Under the pieces are notes generated by a model. The model ran no database searches. It worked only from the letters and a program-made list of their open reading frames with translations, and was not told the origin of the DNA. A stretch of DNA of 64,000 bases from Candidatus Woesearchaeota archaeon (GTDB lineage: Archaea > Nanobdellota > Nanobdellia > Woesearchaeales > UBA10216). The stretch lies in the NCBI GenBank assembly GCA_016184345.1, contig JACPCV010000006.1, positions 128,065 through 192,064 on the forward strand, in the 5' to 3' direction. A program made the translations under genes and the position numbers. Of this stretch, positions 33,001 to 41,530 are shown one piece after another; position 1 is the stretch's first letter, and the number at the start of each line of letters is the position of its first letter.

Positions 33001-33501
33001 TTACCCTTGAACAATGCCCTTGGTGTCTTTAATCATGTCCTGGCAAATGCCAAGAAGTTCCTCCACTTTCTGCTTATCAATCTCTATGATGGGCGTGTAC
33101 TGGTACTTCTCACGCATAGGAATCACCTTATCTTCACCCATATCAGCACTGATGGCGTCCACATACCTTTTGAAGTGCTGGCTGATTTTGCCTTCTTCAA
33201 TAAGGCTCTCAACAGCGGCCAGCGTACAGTCCTGGTTCCTGCTCTCATAGCCAAACTTAGTTATAATAGCCAAGCAGCAATGGTACGTCACGTAAAAGCC
33301 AATATTGATCGCCCAATCATAAAAACCATGCTTCCTATTCAGCAGGAAAACCTCAAGATTATGCTCCGCCTTAACAATATATTCCTTAGCTAAAGCATCA
33401 TCCGGCTTTACTTTAACCAAGCCGCGATGCTTTGCGCCAGATGCCAATTGCTTCTTTGCCTGGTCCAAACACCATCGCACCTTATGCTCTGCTTTGGACA
33501 T
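33001..33501 (-). CDS. HEPN-domain protein
   Basis: Four-helix HEPN pattern (AKEYIVKAEHNLEVF...GFYVTYHCCLAIITKFGYESRNQ...). Overlaps the upstream wHTH-NTase gene by 20 nt. Confidence 0.72.
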   Translation of the reverse strand: MSKAEHKVRWCLDQAKKQLASGAKHRGLVKVKPDDALAKEYIVKAEHNLEVFLLNRKHGFYDWAINIGFYVTYHCCLAIITKFGYESRNQDCTLAAVESLIEEGKISQHFKRYVDAISADMGEDKVIPMREKYQYTPIIEIDKQKVEELLGICQDMIKDTKGIVQG

Positions 33502-34087
33502 TCTTCAGCATCCCCACAAAAAGTTCCTGGCCATGAACCACAACGCATGTTCTTACCATATCAACTAACGGCTTGTCTTTCTCCCTTAGCTTCTTTTCAA
33601 ACTCCCCCTCAGTAAGATATAACGGGTGAATTCTCAGGCGATTCTTCCGGTTCATCTCAGCCACGCCGCTTTGCAGCCTGCCATAATCCTTTGCATCCTT
33701 GAGTATGAAACACGCGTCCACATCACCAGCACGCCTCTCTTTTGTCAGGATTGAACCAAACAAAAACATGGCCTTAGTATCCGGAATGAATGACCGCAAA
33801 TCATAAATCCAGCCTTTCACGAAGCTTGACAAGCTGCTATGTTCAAGAAAAATCAGCTCCAGAAGCTTCAGCACATACTCATTATCAAGGTTTGGCTTGT
33901 AAAAAATGGCGTTGCCCATCTTCTCGCTAACCAGAAGATTCTTCTCATTCAGGCTTCTCAACAGTTTCAGGCTGCCAACGCCACTAATCCCAAGCTTTTC
34001 CTTAATATTGTAAGAGTTGTAGCTAGTCAAAAAGTCGGTAAAGATAACCTTCAAAGCTCTCTTACCATTCTCACTAACCTCAACCAT
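33482..34087 (-). CDS. wHTH-fused minimal nucleotidyltransferase (MNT-type)
   Basis: N-terminal wHTH (NIKEKLGISGVGSLKLLRSLNEKNLLV) and NTase motif LFGSILTKERRAGDVDACFIL. Confidence 0.75.
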   Translation of the reverse strand: MVEVSENGKRALKVIFTDFLTSYNSYNIKEKLGISGVGSLKLLRSLNEKNLLVSEKMGNAIFYKPNLDNEYVLKLLELIFLEHSSLSSFVKGWIYDLRSFIPDTKAMFLFGSILTKERRAGDVDACFILKDAKDYGRLQSGVAEMNRKNRLRIHPLYLTEGEFEKKLREKDKPLVDMVRTCVVVHGQELFVGMLKNVQSRA

Positions 34088-34233
34088 CTTACCATAACCT
34101 CAAGTTAGAGTACTATAACTTTAAGTTATATATAAGCTTTTCTATTCCCGCAAACCGCATTGGCTTTTTCGGTAGCTGCTTCGGCCACTTTTCTTCTTTA
34201 ACGATTTTTGCCAGCGTATGCGCCACTGGACAC

Positions 34234-34271
34234 CCCGCCCCTCTCCGCTGCCGCCCCGGAGCTTGCCTTGG
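34234..34271 (+). repeat. Direct repeat R2, copy b
   Basis: See 32874-32911. Confidence 0.7.
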
Positions 34272-34322
34272 CATCTGAGCCGAAAACCACGCTTACCGTT
34301 TCTTTGATGACTGCGCTATTTA

Positions 34323-35110
34323 TTAGTCCCCCTTCTTTTTGTGCCCGAGCCTTTTTTGCCCTTCCGGCTTTTCAAGGAAGTTGCCACTGGAGACAACGCT
34401 TTTCCCGAGCTTTTGCTCAATGTCCTTTCGTGTTGAGCCGGCAATGTCCCCGCCATCCTTTGCGTCTTTTTTCATGGTTGGAAACTCTTTGGAATCGCGC
34501 TCCCTTGTGAACCGTGTGGTCGTTGCTTCCCCAAGCATTGTCAGGATAAGCTCCAGGTCATCCATGTGGTCTCTGAGGTTTTCTTGCTTATCTCGTTGGT
34601 GAGAATAGCATATTCTCTATCTTCCCCAACGCCCCGCTTCTTCCATTCATCCGTAAGCTCATCCCTTACCGCTATGCCTCTGGCTCGCTTCTCAATCCAC
34701 TCGTTTGAGTAGCCTTTGGCTGCGTAAATCTCCTTCATTCGCTTTTGTGCCAGTTCAGGATTTTCTATCTCCTTAACGCGGTCGTAGCCCACTTTTGCCA
34801 GCCAAAGCTTGAAAGGTTCGGCTTTTGGGGAAGGTATTGACTGAATTATCCTGAAGGCGCCTTCTGTGTTGATGCAGTTCATTTTCTGTTTTCCTCCAGC
34901 GGTATCAACTGGAAGGGTATGTACAATTTGTACCCACCCTTGAGCTAGAATTGGATCCCTTTGCTTGACTTTTTGAATATACTGCTTAGGGTCATTAGAA
35001 TCAGTAAGGGCGGCTACAATATCCTCCACCACAAACCACCATTCATCATTGAACCAAGTTCTTCGAATGTTCTTGCCTTGAAATACCACCATTGCATTGT
35101 CAGTGTCCAT
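34323..35110 (-). pseudogene. Bro-N / DinD-like (DNA-damage-inducible protein D family) gene, split by an internal deletion or frameshift near 34565-34585
   Basis: The 189-aa ORF has a Bro-N N-terminus (VFQGKNIRRTWFNDEWWFVVEDIVAALTDS) and ends ...ILTNEISKKTSETTWMTWSLS*. The +1 frame reads QENLRDHMDDLELILTMLGEATTT..., continuing as the 80-aa ORF 34323-34565. Confidence 0.6.
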
Positions 35111-35548
35111 TTTGCCTGCTTAGTATGTATTTGCTTATAAATCCTCGCCGCCCATTTGTCCAGTGTCCAGTGCTTCGAAAGTTCGCCTAAATTTTTAGGC
35201 GACCCACCGTTTACTTTACAGCCCAGCATAATCCGCTTTAGGCAGATTCGGTTCATTCCTGTTTTCAAACAAGTCCAGCCATATCGAAGTGTCCAGATAA
35301 TAGCTGTTCATTTCATCTTTGAAGTGATGGTTCTTAATAAGCTTTTTGGCTGTTTGTCGTCGGAGAATTTACGGATTTAATGGAAAGTTTTCAAAAAATT
35401 GCCGTTTTAGCGGCAAGTTTCCGGATAATGCCGAAAATTAAACGCTAATGCCGTAATTCTTGCGGCATTTCTGGGGCAAGGCTTAATTTGCCTGCCAATT
35501 CAGCTGTTTCCATGGAAAACTATAAATATAGGGTATGGTGTACCATAT

Positions 35549-35836
35549 ATGGCTGAGAAGATAATTGACCACAAGTATGCTGAAGGGGAGGAAGTCCTTC
35601 AGATTCGCATATTCAAGGTAGAGGTGTCTGAGAAAAACCCGGAAGGCTATTCATATTCGCTTGTTTACATTAAAAACGGCAAAAGGCTTGTCGGCTATGA
35701 CAACTTTGAAGGCCACTCAAAGGGAGGCAACAACCATCATAAGCACGTAAAAGAAATGATAAGCGAGTACTGTTTCGTTGACATTTGGCAGCTTATGGAA
35801 GACTTCAACCGCGATGTTGAAAGGGTGAAAAAATGA
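35549..35836 (+). CDS. DUF6516/TumE-like toxin-like protein
   Basis: YSYSLVYIKNGKRLVGYDNFEGHSKGGNNHHKH matches the pattern recalled for this family. 4-nt ATGA overlap with the next gene. Confidence 0.55.
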   Translation: MAEKIIDHKYAEGEEVLQIRIFKVEVSEKNPEGYSYSLVYIKNGKRLVGYDNFEGHSKGGNNHHKHVKEMISEYCFVDIWQLMEDFNRDVERVKK

Positions 35837-36207
35837 AGGCAAGTAATATAAAGGTAACAATCAAAAGCCGGGCGCAGGTTTTGCAGGAGTTTGGCGAAGC
35901 TTTTGAGAATTTGAAGAAAGGAGAGCCTGTGCTTTACCGGAACGAGTTGTCGTTTGGCAGCCTTGAAGCGCTCAGAAAGGTTCTGACAGAAAAGAGAACA
36001 GAGCTTCTTAAAGCCATAAAGGAAAAATCTCCCGAATCTGTATACGGGCTTGCAAAGCTTGTCAGCAGGGACCTGAAGAGCGTCAGCACTGACCTTAAGA
36101 TTCTTAAGAGCCTTGGGTTGGTGTCACTTGCGAAATCAAATGAGGGCAGGTTCAGGGTCAGGCCTGAAGTTCTCTTTGACAAGCTGAGCATTGAAATTGC
36201 GGTATAA
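35833..36207 (+). CDS. wHTH DNA-binding protein (HVO_A0114/TumA-like antitoxin-like)
   Basis: ...RKVLTEKRTELLKAIKEKSPESVYGLAKLVSRDLKSVSTDLKILKSLGLVSL is wHTH. This is the usual partner of DUF6516 genes. Confidence 0.55.
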   Translation: MKASNIKVTIKSRAQVLQEFGEAFENLKKGEPVLYRNELSFGSLEALRKVLTEKRTELLKAIKEKSPESVYGLAKLVSRDLKSVSTDLKILKSLGLVSLAKSNEGRFRVRPEVLFDKLSIEIAV

Positions 36208-36217
36208 GCGGCGTTTT

Positions 36218-36970
36218 TCAAATCCCCACCTTCTCCGCCAAGTCAGAAACAACTGCGGATTGTCCTTTTCCAATTTTTAGCTCTTGCAGTGTGAGCTTTC
36301 CTATGGCTGTCCTTTCAAGCCGGGTGACTTTGTTTCCTAGGGCTTCCAGCATCCGCCTGGCCTCGCGCTTCTTGCCTTCTGTGAGAACAAGCTTTAGATG
36401 CTTTCTGCCAGGCGGAATTATCTCTGCCGTGCACGGCCTTGTTGTGTAGCTGGTGATTTTTCCATTTTCTTCAAGCTGTATCATTACTCCTTTCCGGAGC
36501 TTGTCCAACTCTTCATCGGTTATGGGCCTGGCAAGTGCTGCCTCATACGTCTTCTCAATTCCTGAGCCTGGTGCCGTGATTCTTGAGCCGAGCTTGCCGT
36601 CGTTTGTGATTATGAGGAGCCCTGAGCTGTCCTCGTCAAGCCGGCCAGTGCAGAACAGGGACTTTTCTGTTTGGCTATCAAGGTTGCTTACGAGCTCAAA
36701 GACGCTCTTTTTTCCAAGCCGTGCATCTTCCGGAGTAAGCCTGGATGACAGGTAGCCTTCAGGCTTGTTTATTGCGATGTATGTTTTGGCAGTTATCCTT
36801 TCCAGGGGCTTTCCTTTCCAGCACACTTTTTTCTTCGTGTCAAATATGTGCATCGGGTTGGTAATTGTCTTGCCATCAATTGTTAGTTCTGCCTTGGCTA
36901 CCGCTGTAATCAGTTCCTTCTTGCTGCTGAAGGCGCCTGTCCTGCTTTTAGTGGGGTGAGCTGTATCCAA
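36218..36970 (-). CDS. Pseudouridine synthase, RsuA/RluB family
   Basis: Catalytic motif GRLDEDSSGLLIITNDG, then YEAALARPITDEELDKLRKGV. TTG start at 36970 in the track (start uncertain). Confidence 0.8.
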   Translation of the reverse strand: MDTAHPTKSRTGAFSSKKELITAVAKAELTIDGKTITNPMHIFDTKKKVCWKGKPLERITAKTYIAINKPEGYLSSRLTPEDARLGKKSVFELVSNLDSQTEKSLFCTGRLDEDSSGLLIITNDGKLGSRITAPGSGIEKTYEAALARPITDEELDKLRKGVMIQLEENGKITSYTTRPCTAEIIPPGRKHLKLVLTEGKKREARRMLEALGNKVTRLERTAIGKLTLQELKIGKGQSAVVSDLAEKVGI

Positions 36971-37004
36971 ACTCTTTTAAACATCCTGTTTTCTGGGAGT
37001 ATCC

Positions 37005-38855
37005 ATGTCCCTTTTTCCTTACGATAAGATCCGTCCCGAGCAGGATGTGTTAATCAGGGACATTCACGCAGCTGTCAGCAGCGGGAAGTGCCTTATTGCT
37101 CATGCCCCGACAGGGCTGGGCAAGACTGCTGCTGCCCTGGCTCCTGCGCTTGAGTTCGCAATAAAGAGCAGGAAAACTGTTTTCTTCCTGACTTCAAGGC
37201 ATACCCAGCACGCTATTGCTGTTGAGACTGCCCGGCTGATTAAGGAGAAGCACAAGGCGGGCTTTTCAGTTACTGACATTGTCGGGAAGAAGAACATGTG
37301 CGCTAGGGATGACATTTCAGGCCTGTACAGCAGGCAGTTTCACGATTACTGCCGCTCATTGGTTGAGAGCGGCAGCTGCAGCTTTTATTCAAGCTTCAGG
37401 AAGGGCAGCGTGCTGACTCCTGATTCTAAGATTGTGATTGCAACGATAGCTGGGGAGCCGATGCATACTGAGGAGGTTGTTGGCTTGGCCAGGCGCCATG
37501 GCATCTGCCCGTACGAGGCGGCTGTTGCTGCTTCCAAGGATGCTTCCTTAATAATTGCTGATTACAACTACATGTTCAGCGGGAAGATTCGTGATAGTTT
37601 TATGAGAAAATCAGGAAAAGCACTAGAGGACTCCATAATTATTATTGATGAGGCGCACAACCTTCCTGACAGGCTGAGGGAGATGCTGACTGACAAGCTT
37701 TCAACTTTGGTGGTTGAGAGGGCAATGAAGGAGGCTGAAAAGGTTGGTGATAGCGAAATTAGGCGGTTCCTGTTTGATCTGAAGAAGTGTATAGAAGGAC
37801 TTGGCAGCGAGCCTGGCCAGAAAATAATTTCACAACAAAATCTTCTGAAGCCTTTGGCCAGCCATGGTTTGGCTGCGATGCTTGAAAAGATGTCTGTAAT
37901 TGCAGAGTCTGTGAGGGAAACCGGGCAGCAGAGCTTTATTGGCAGTGTTGCTGAGTTCCTTGAGGGCTGGCAGGGCAGTGATGAAGGCTATGCCAGAATT
38001 CTCAGCAGCATACAGGGGCAAAAAGGGAGGGTTGTTACAATTTCAAACCAGTGCCTTGACCCTTCGCTGGCGGCTTCTGAAATAGTCAGGCAGGCCCACT
38101 CTGTCATCATGATGTCGGGGACATTGACACCAACAGCGATGTACCGGGATATTCTTGGCTTTCGTGAGGACGCTGTGCTTAAGGAGTACAGGAATCCGAT
38201 GCCGCGGGAGAACAGGCTTGCTCTGGTGGTCACACAGGCAACTACAAAGTTCAGCAAGCGCAGTTCAGTTCAATTTTCAAGGATAGCTGATGTTTGCAGC
38301 AGGGCAGCTGTTGCGATTCCTGGCAATGTCATCCTGTTTTTCCCAAGCTACACTGTGATGGAGGAAGTGCATAAGCAGCTTCACGGCAAAATAAGCAAGG
38401 CTGTGTTTAAGGAGCGCCAGGATTTGTCAAAGGAGGATAAGCAGAGGCTTTTGCAGGAGTTCAAGGGCAATCATGTTGCTGGCGGGGTCCTGCTTGCTGT
38501 GATTGGGGGAAATTTCAGCGAGGGCATTGACCTTCCGGGCACTTTGCTTAACGGTGTTATTGTTGTTGGGCTTCCTCTTGGCCAGCCAGACCTGTTCACT
38601 AAGGAGCTTATCAGGTATTACGACACAAGGTTCGGCAAGGGTTGGGATTACGGCTATGTTTTTCCTGCTTTTACGAAGGCACTGCAGTCAGCCGGCAGGT
38701 GCATCCGCTCTGAGACAGACAGGGGTGTAATTGTTTTTGTTGATGAGCGGTATGCCTGGGACAGGTACTATGCGTGCTTTCCCATGGACATGACGCCTAA
38801 GACGACTGAGTTTTATGCCGAAGCGATTGATGATTTCTTCGCAAGGAAGGGCTAA
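37005..38855 (+). CDS. xpd: XPD/Rad3-family 5'-3' DNA helicase (DinG superfamily) with FeS-cluster cysteines
   Basis: AHAPTGLGKT (Walker A), IIIDEAHNL (DEAH), four Cys (MCARDD, DYCRS, GSCSFY, GICPYE), C-terminal GRCIRSETDRGVIVFVDERY. Confidence 0.85.
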   Translation: MSLFPYDKIRPEQDVLIRDIHAAVSSGKCLIAHAPTGLGKTAAALAPALEFAIKSRKTVFFLTSRHTQHAIAVETARLIKEKHKAGFSVTDIVGKKNMCARDDISGLYSRQFHDYCRSLVESGSCSFYSSFRKGSVLTPDSKIVIATIAGEPMHTEEVVGLARRHGICPYEAAVAASKDASLIIADYNYMFSGKIRDSFMRKSGKALEDSIIIIDEAHNLPDRLREMLTDKLSTLVVERAMKEAEKVGDSEIRRFLFDLKKCIEGLGSEPGQKIISQQNLLKPLASHGLAAMLEKMSVIAESVRETGQQSFIGSVAEFLEGWQGSDEGYARILSSIQGQKGRVVTISNQCLDPSLAASEIVRQAHSVIMMSGTLTPTAMYRDILGFREDAVLKEYRNPMPRENRLALVVTQATTKFSKRSSVQFSRIADVCSRAAVAIPGNVILFFPSYTVMEEVHKQLHGKISKAVFKERQDLSKEDKQRLLQEFKGNHVAGGVLLAVIGGNFSEGIDLPGTLLNGVIVVGLPLGQPDLFTKELIRYYDTRFGKGWDYGYVFPAFTKALQSAGRCIRSETDRGVIVFVDERYAWDRYYACFPMDMTPKTTEFYAEAIDDFFARKG

Positions 38856-38894
38856 GCCGAAACCCATTTAAGCAGCAAAAGGATTGTCACGCTT

Positions 38895-39683
38895 ATGAAC
38901 TGGCTTTTGGCTGTGGTTGTTGTAACTGTTGTTTTTGCTTCTGGGTGCGCTGTGCTGGAAGATAAGCAGCTACAGCAGCAGGCTCCGCAGGAAGAGTTTA
39001 TACAGCAGCCCGGGGAGCTAGTGAGTGAAGTTGTGCCGGAAGCTCCTGCAGCTGAAGCTGTGAAGCCAGGCGCTAAGGATGAATTCTCTTACATTGACAG
39101 ACCCCACTGGGGGCACATGCCTTTGGCTTACTCCATATTGAATGAACAAGAGTGCGGCAGGTATGAGTCCAACAGGGTAAGGCGGGCTCTGGCTGACATT
39201 ATGAACGAGACAGGCAATGTTGTGTCGTTCAGGAAAGCAAATGCCAGTGAAGCTGCGGATATTGAAATATCTTGCAGTTTCATTGAGGACTGCTACAAGA
39301 TTACAACAGACATAACTGACGAGTACACTATCAGGTATGAGACCATCTGCGGCCACAAGCTGGGAGTCACAAGCACAACCCTGCTTGGCAGCAGGATTGT
39401 AAAGGCTGACATTGAGATGTTCGGCCTTGCTGGCTTTGCTGAGACAAACCACGAGGGCCCTTCGGGCTTTTATGTTGGAACGTGCGGTCACGCGATAACC
39501 GAAGTGCATGAGCTGCTTCACGCGTTTGGCTACCCTCATTCTGATGACAACAGCAGCATAATGTACCCCTCGGCTGACACATTTTCCCTGGTAACCCAGG
39601 AGGAAGGCGCCTGCGTTGGAAGCGGCAGGGAAATTGACAATGCAATAGTTGAGGATTTGGTTAGGACTTATACAAAGGGTTAG
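38895..39683 (+). CDS. Secreted/lipoprotein zinc metalloprotease (metzincin, matrixin-like)
   Basis: Lipobox-like VVFASGC and the zinc motif HELLHAFGYPHSDD (HExxHxxGxxH) followed by IMYP (Met-turn). Confidence 0.7.
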   Translation: MNWLLAVVVVTVVFASGCAVLEDKQLQQQAPQEEFIQQPGELVSEVVPEAPAAEAVKPGAKDEFSYIDRPHWGHMPLAYSILNEQECGRYESNRVRRALADIMNETGNVVSFRKANASEAADIEISCSFIEDCYKITTDITDEYTIRYETICGHKLGVTSTTLLGSRIVKADIEMFGLAGFAETNHEGPSGFYVGTCGHAITEVHELLHAFGYPHSDDNSSIMYPSADTFSLVTQEEGACVGSGREIDNAIVEDLVRTYTKG

Positions 39684-40156
39684 TTCAGCCTGAGGATTCC
39701 GTAGTTTAGCGCAGCTGCAAAGCTCACCCAGAGGATGTAAGGTATCAGCAGGGCTGCGGCTGCTTTTGATATTCTCCAAAACAGGAAGATTGTGACGATT
39801 ATGGCAAGCCAGAGGGCTGCAATGCCTACCATTGCAAACAACGGTGAACGCAGTCCGAAGAACAGCATTGACCATATCACGTTAAGCCCAAGCTGGACGT
39901 CAAAGGCTGCCATTGCTGCTTTCACGCCTTTTTTCCCTTCTTCCCTCCACACAAGGTAAGCGGAAATTCCAATCAGCATGAACAGCACTGTCCATACGGG
40001 GCCGAAGAGCCATGCTGGCGGTGTAAACCATGGCTTTTGCAGTGCAGGATACCAGCTGTTCACAGAAGCTGCTGTGAATAGCGAGCCCACAAAGGCAGCA
40101 AGGTAGCTTACTCCCAAAGTTACAATGAGCTTCCATGCTTTTTTGATTTTTGGCAC
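39680..40156 (-). CDS. tspO: TspO/MBR tryptophan-rich sensory protein
   Basis: WYPALQKPWFTPPAWLFGPVWTVLF and five TM helices. GTG at 40156, just after the msrA stop, is preferred over the track start at 40243. Confidence 0.85.
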   Translation of the reverse strand: MPKIKKAWKLIVTLGVSYLAAFVGSLFTAASVNSWYPALQKPWFTPPAWLFGPVWTVLFMLIGISAYLVWREEGKKGVKAAMAAFDVQLGLNVIWSMLFFGLRSPLFAMVGIAALWLAIIVTIFLFWRISKAAAALLIPYILWVSFAAALNYGILRLN

Positions 40157-40160
40157 CTCT

Positions 40161-40637
40161 TTAGATGTGGCATGTTGACAGCCCTTTCTTCTCAAGGTAC
40201 TGCTGATGGTATTCCTCTGCGCGGTAAAAAGGCTGCGCTGCAACGATTTCTGTTGCTATTCTGCCTTTGGTTTTCTTTTGCTGCTGCTGTCTTGATTTTT
40301 CTGCAGCTATTTTTTGCTTTCTGTCGTGGTAGAAAATTACTGAGCGGTACTGGGTTCCAACATCGGGGCCCTGCTTGTTTACCTGTGTCGGGTCGTGGCT
40401 GTTCCAGAACACTTCAAGCAGCTTTTCGTAAGAAACTTTCTTCGGGTCAAAGGTTATCTCTACTGATTCTGCATGGCCTGTCGTGTCTGTGCAGACGTCC
40501 TCGTAGGTTGGGTTGGGCATTTCCCCGCCAGAGTAGCCAACTTGAGTTGACTTAACGCCCTTTATTTGGCGGAATTCTGCCTCTACTCCCCAGAAGCACC
40601 CTGCTGCGAAGGTTGCTTTTTCCAGCTCGGTCCCCAT
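40161..40637 (-). CDS. msrA: Peptide-methionine (S)-S-oxide reductase MsrA
   Basis: ATFAAGCFWGVEAEF active site, GHAESVEITFDP, and YHQQYL. Confidence 0.92.
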   Translation of the reverse strand: MGTELEKATFAAGCFWGVEAEFRQIKGVKSTQVGYSGGEMPNPTYEDVCTDTTGHAESVEITFDPKKVSYEKLLEVFWNSHDPTQVNKQGPDVGTQYRSVIFYHDRKQKIAAEKSRQQQQKKTKGRIATEIVAAQPFYRAEEYHQQYLEKKGLSTCHI

Positions 40638-40650
40638 TTTAGCTCTTTAC

Positions 40651-41529
40651 ATGTTTATTAGTTTAAAAAGGTTATATGAGCTCAGAACTTTTGTCAAAAC
40701 CAATATAAATAAGCGTAGTTACAATAAATGTGCTGAATGCTGCCCTACGGCAGGGGATATAACAATAACAATTCCGGTTGACGGCCCTCCAATTAACATA
40801 GAGAACCAAAAAAGTTATGAGGTTATATCCGCTTTTAATACAGATGGCGGAGTCTACGCTGTCAAAGTTGGAGAATGGATTGAAGCAAAAGTATCCTGTT
40901 ATGGTTTTATGCGGAAAACAAATGAACACAGTGTATGTTTAAAAATTAATGAAAAAGGTCATAGCATAAATGGGTCTGTAGGAAAAGTTATTATTAAGAA
41001 AGGAGGAGTCTATTTAGATGTCGGCGCATTGAACTTTTTGTTACATAATAAAAACGACGTTGATAAGACTGCCACCGGTAAGAAGCTTACGGCATTTGGC
41101 ATTTCTAACAGGGATTATGTCATGCTTGAAGCTTCGCTATCAATGAATGTTTTAAGAAAAGGGAGCGAAGCTGAGATTTATGGCAAGGAGAGAAAATATT
41201 GGGCTAGCGATAGTAAGGGTTTCTTAGCCATAATTCCGTTTAGCGCAAGTAAAGGAAGATATACTTTCAACACTTATAAACCAAAAAGGGGTCTTTATGA
41301 ATTACTCCTAGCAGAAACAGTAACAAATGTCATACGATGTCTTCTTAAAAAAGAAGCCATTTCTGAAAAACAGATTAGCCAAATCCTGGTAACATCTATT
41401 AAGGAGGTAAAATCTGTTGTTGATGAACTTTCTGGTCATGGCATTGTTGATACAGTCTCAATACCAAACACTAATGATAGGGTAGTTTATCTGAGGGCAA
41501 AAGTTGTTTATATAGAGGGCAGGGAATGA
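40651..41529 (+). CDS. Hypothetical protein (292 aa), AT-rich, C-terminal wHTH-like segment
   Basis: Clean ORF ending 1 nt before the rfcL ATG. ...ISEKQISQILVTSIKEVKSVVDELSGHGIVD... is wHTH-like. No other motif. Confidence 0.5.
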   Translation: MFISLKRLYELRTFVKTNINKRSYNKCAECCPTAGDITITIPVDGPPINIENQKSYEVISAFNTDGGVYAVKVGEWIEAKVSCYGFMRKTNEHSVCLKINEKGHSINGSVGKVIIKKGGVYLDVGALNFLLHNKNDVDKTATGKKLTAFGISNRDYVMLEASLSMNVLRKGSEAEIYGKERKYWASDSKGFLAIIPFSASKGRYTFNTYKPKRGLYELLLAETVTNVIRCLLKKEAISEKQISQILVTSIKEVKSVVDELSGHGIVDTVSIPNTNDRVVYLRAKVVYIEGRE

Positions 41530-41530
41530 A

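Noticed and set aside
32702-33393. ORFs 32702-32956 (minus) and 32713-33393 (plus).
   Set aside because: They cover the MITE-like element, a C-rich tract and the antisense of the HEPN gene. Pro/Arg/Gly-rich low-complexity translation.
39018-39875. 285-aa minus-strand ORF.
   Set aside because: It is antisense to the metzincin gene (clear HExxHxxGxxH motif) and overlaps the TspO gene. Cys/Arg/His-rich shadow-ORF composition.
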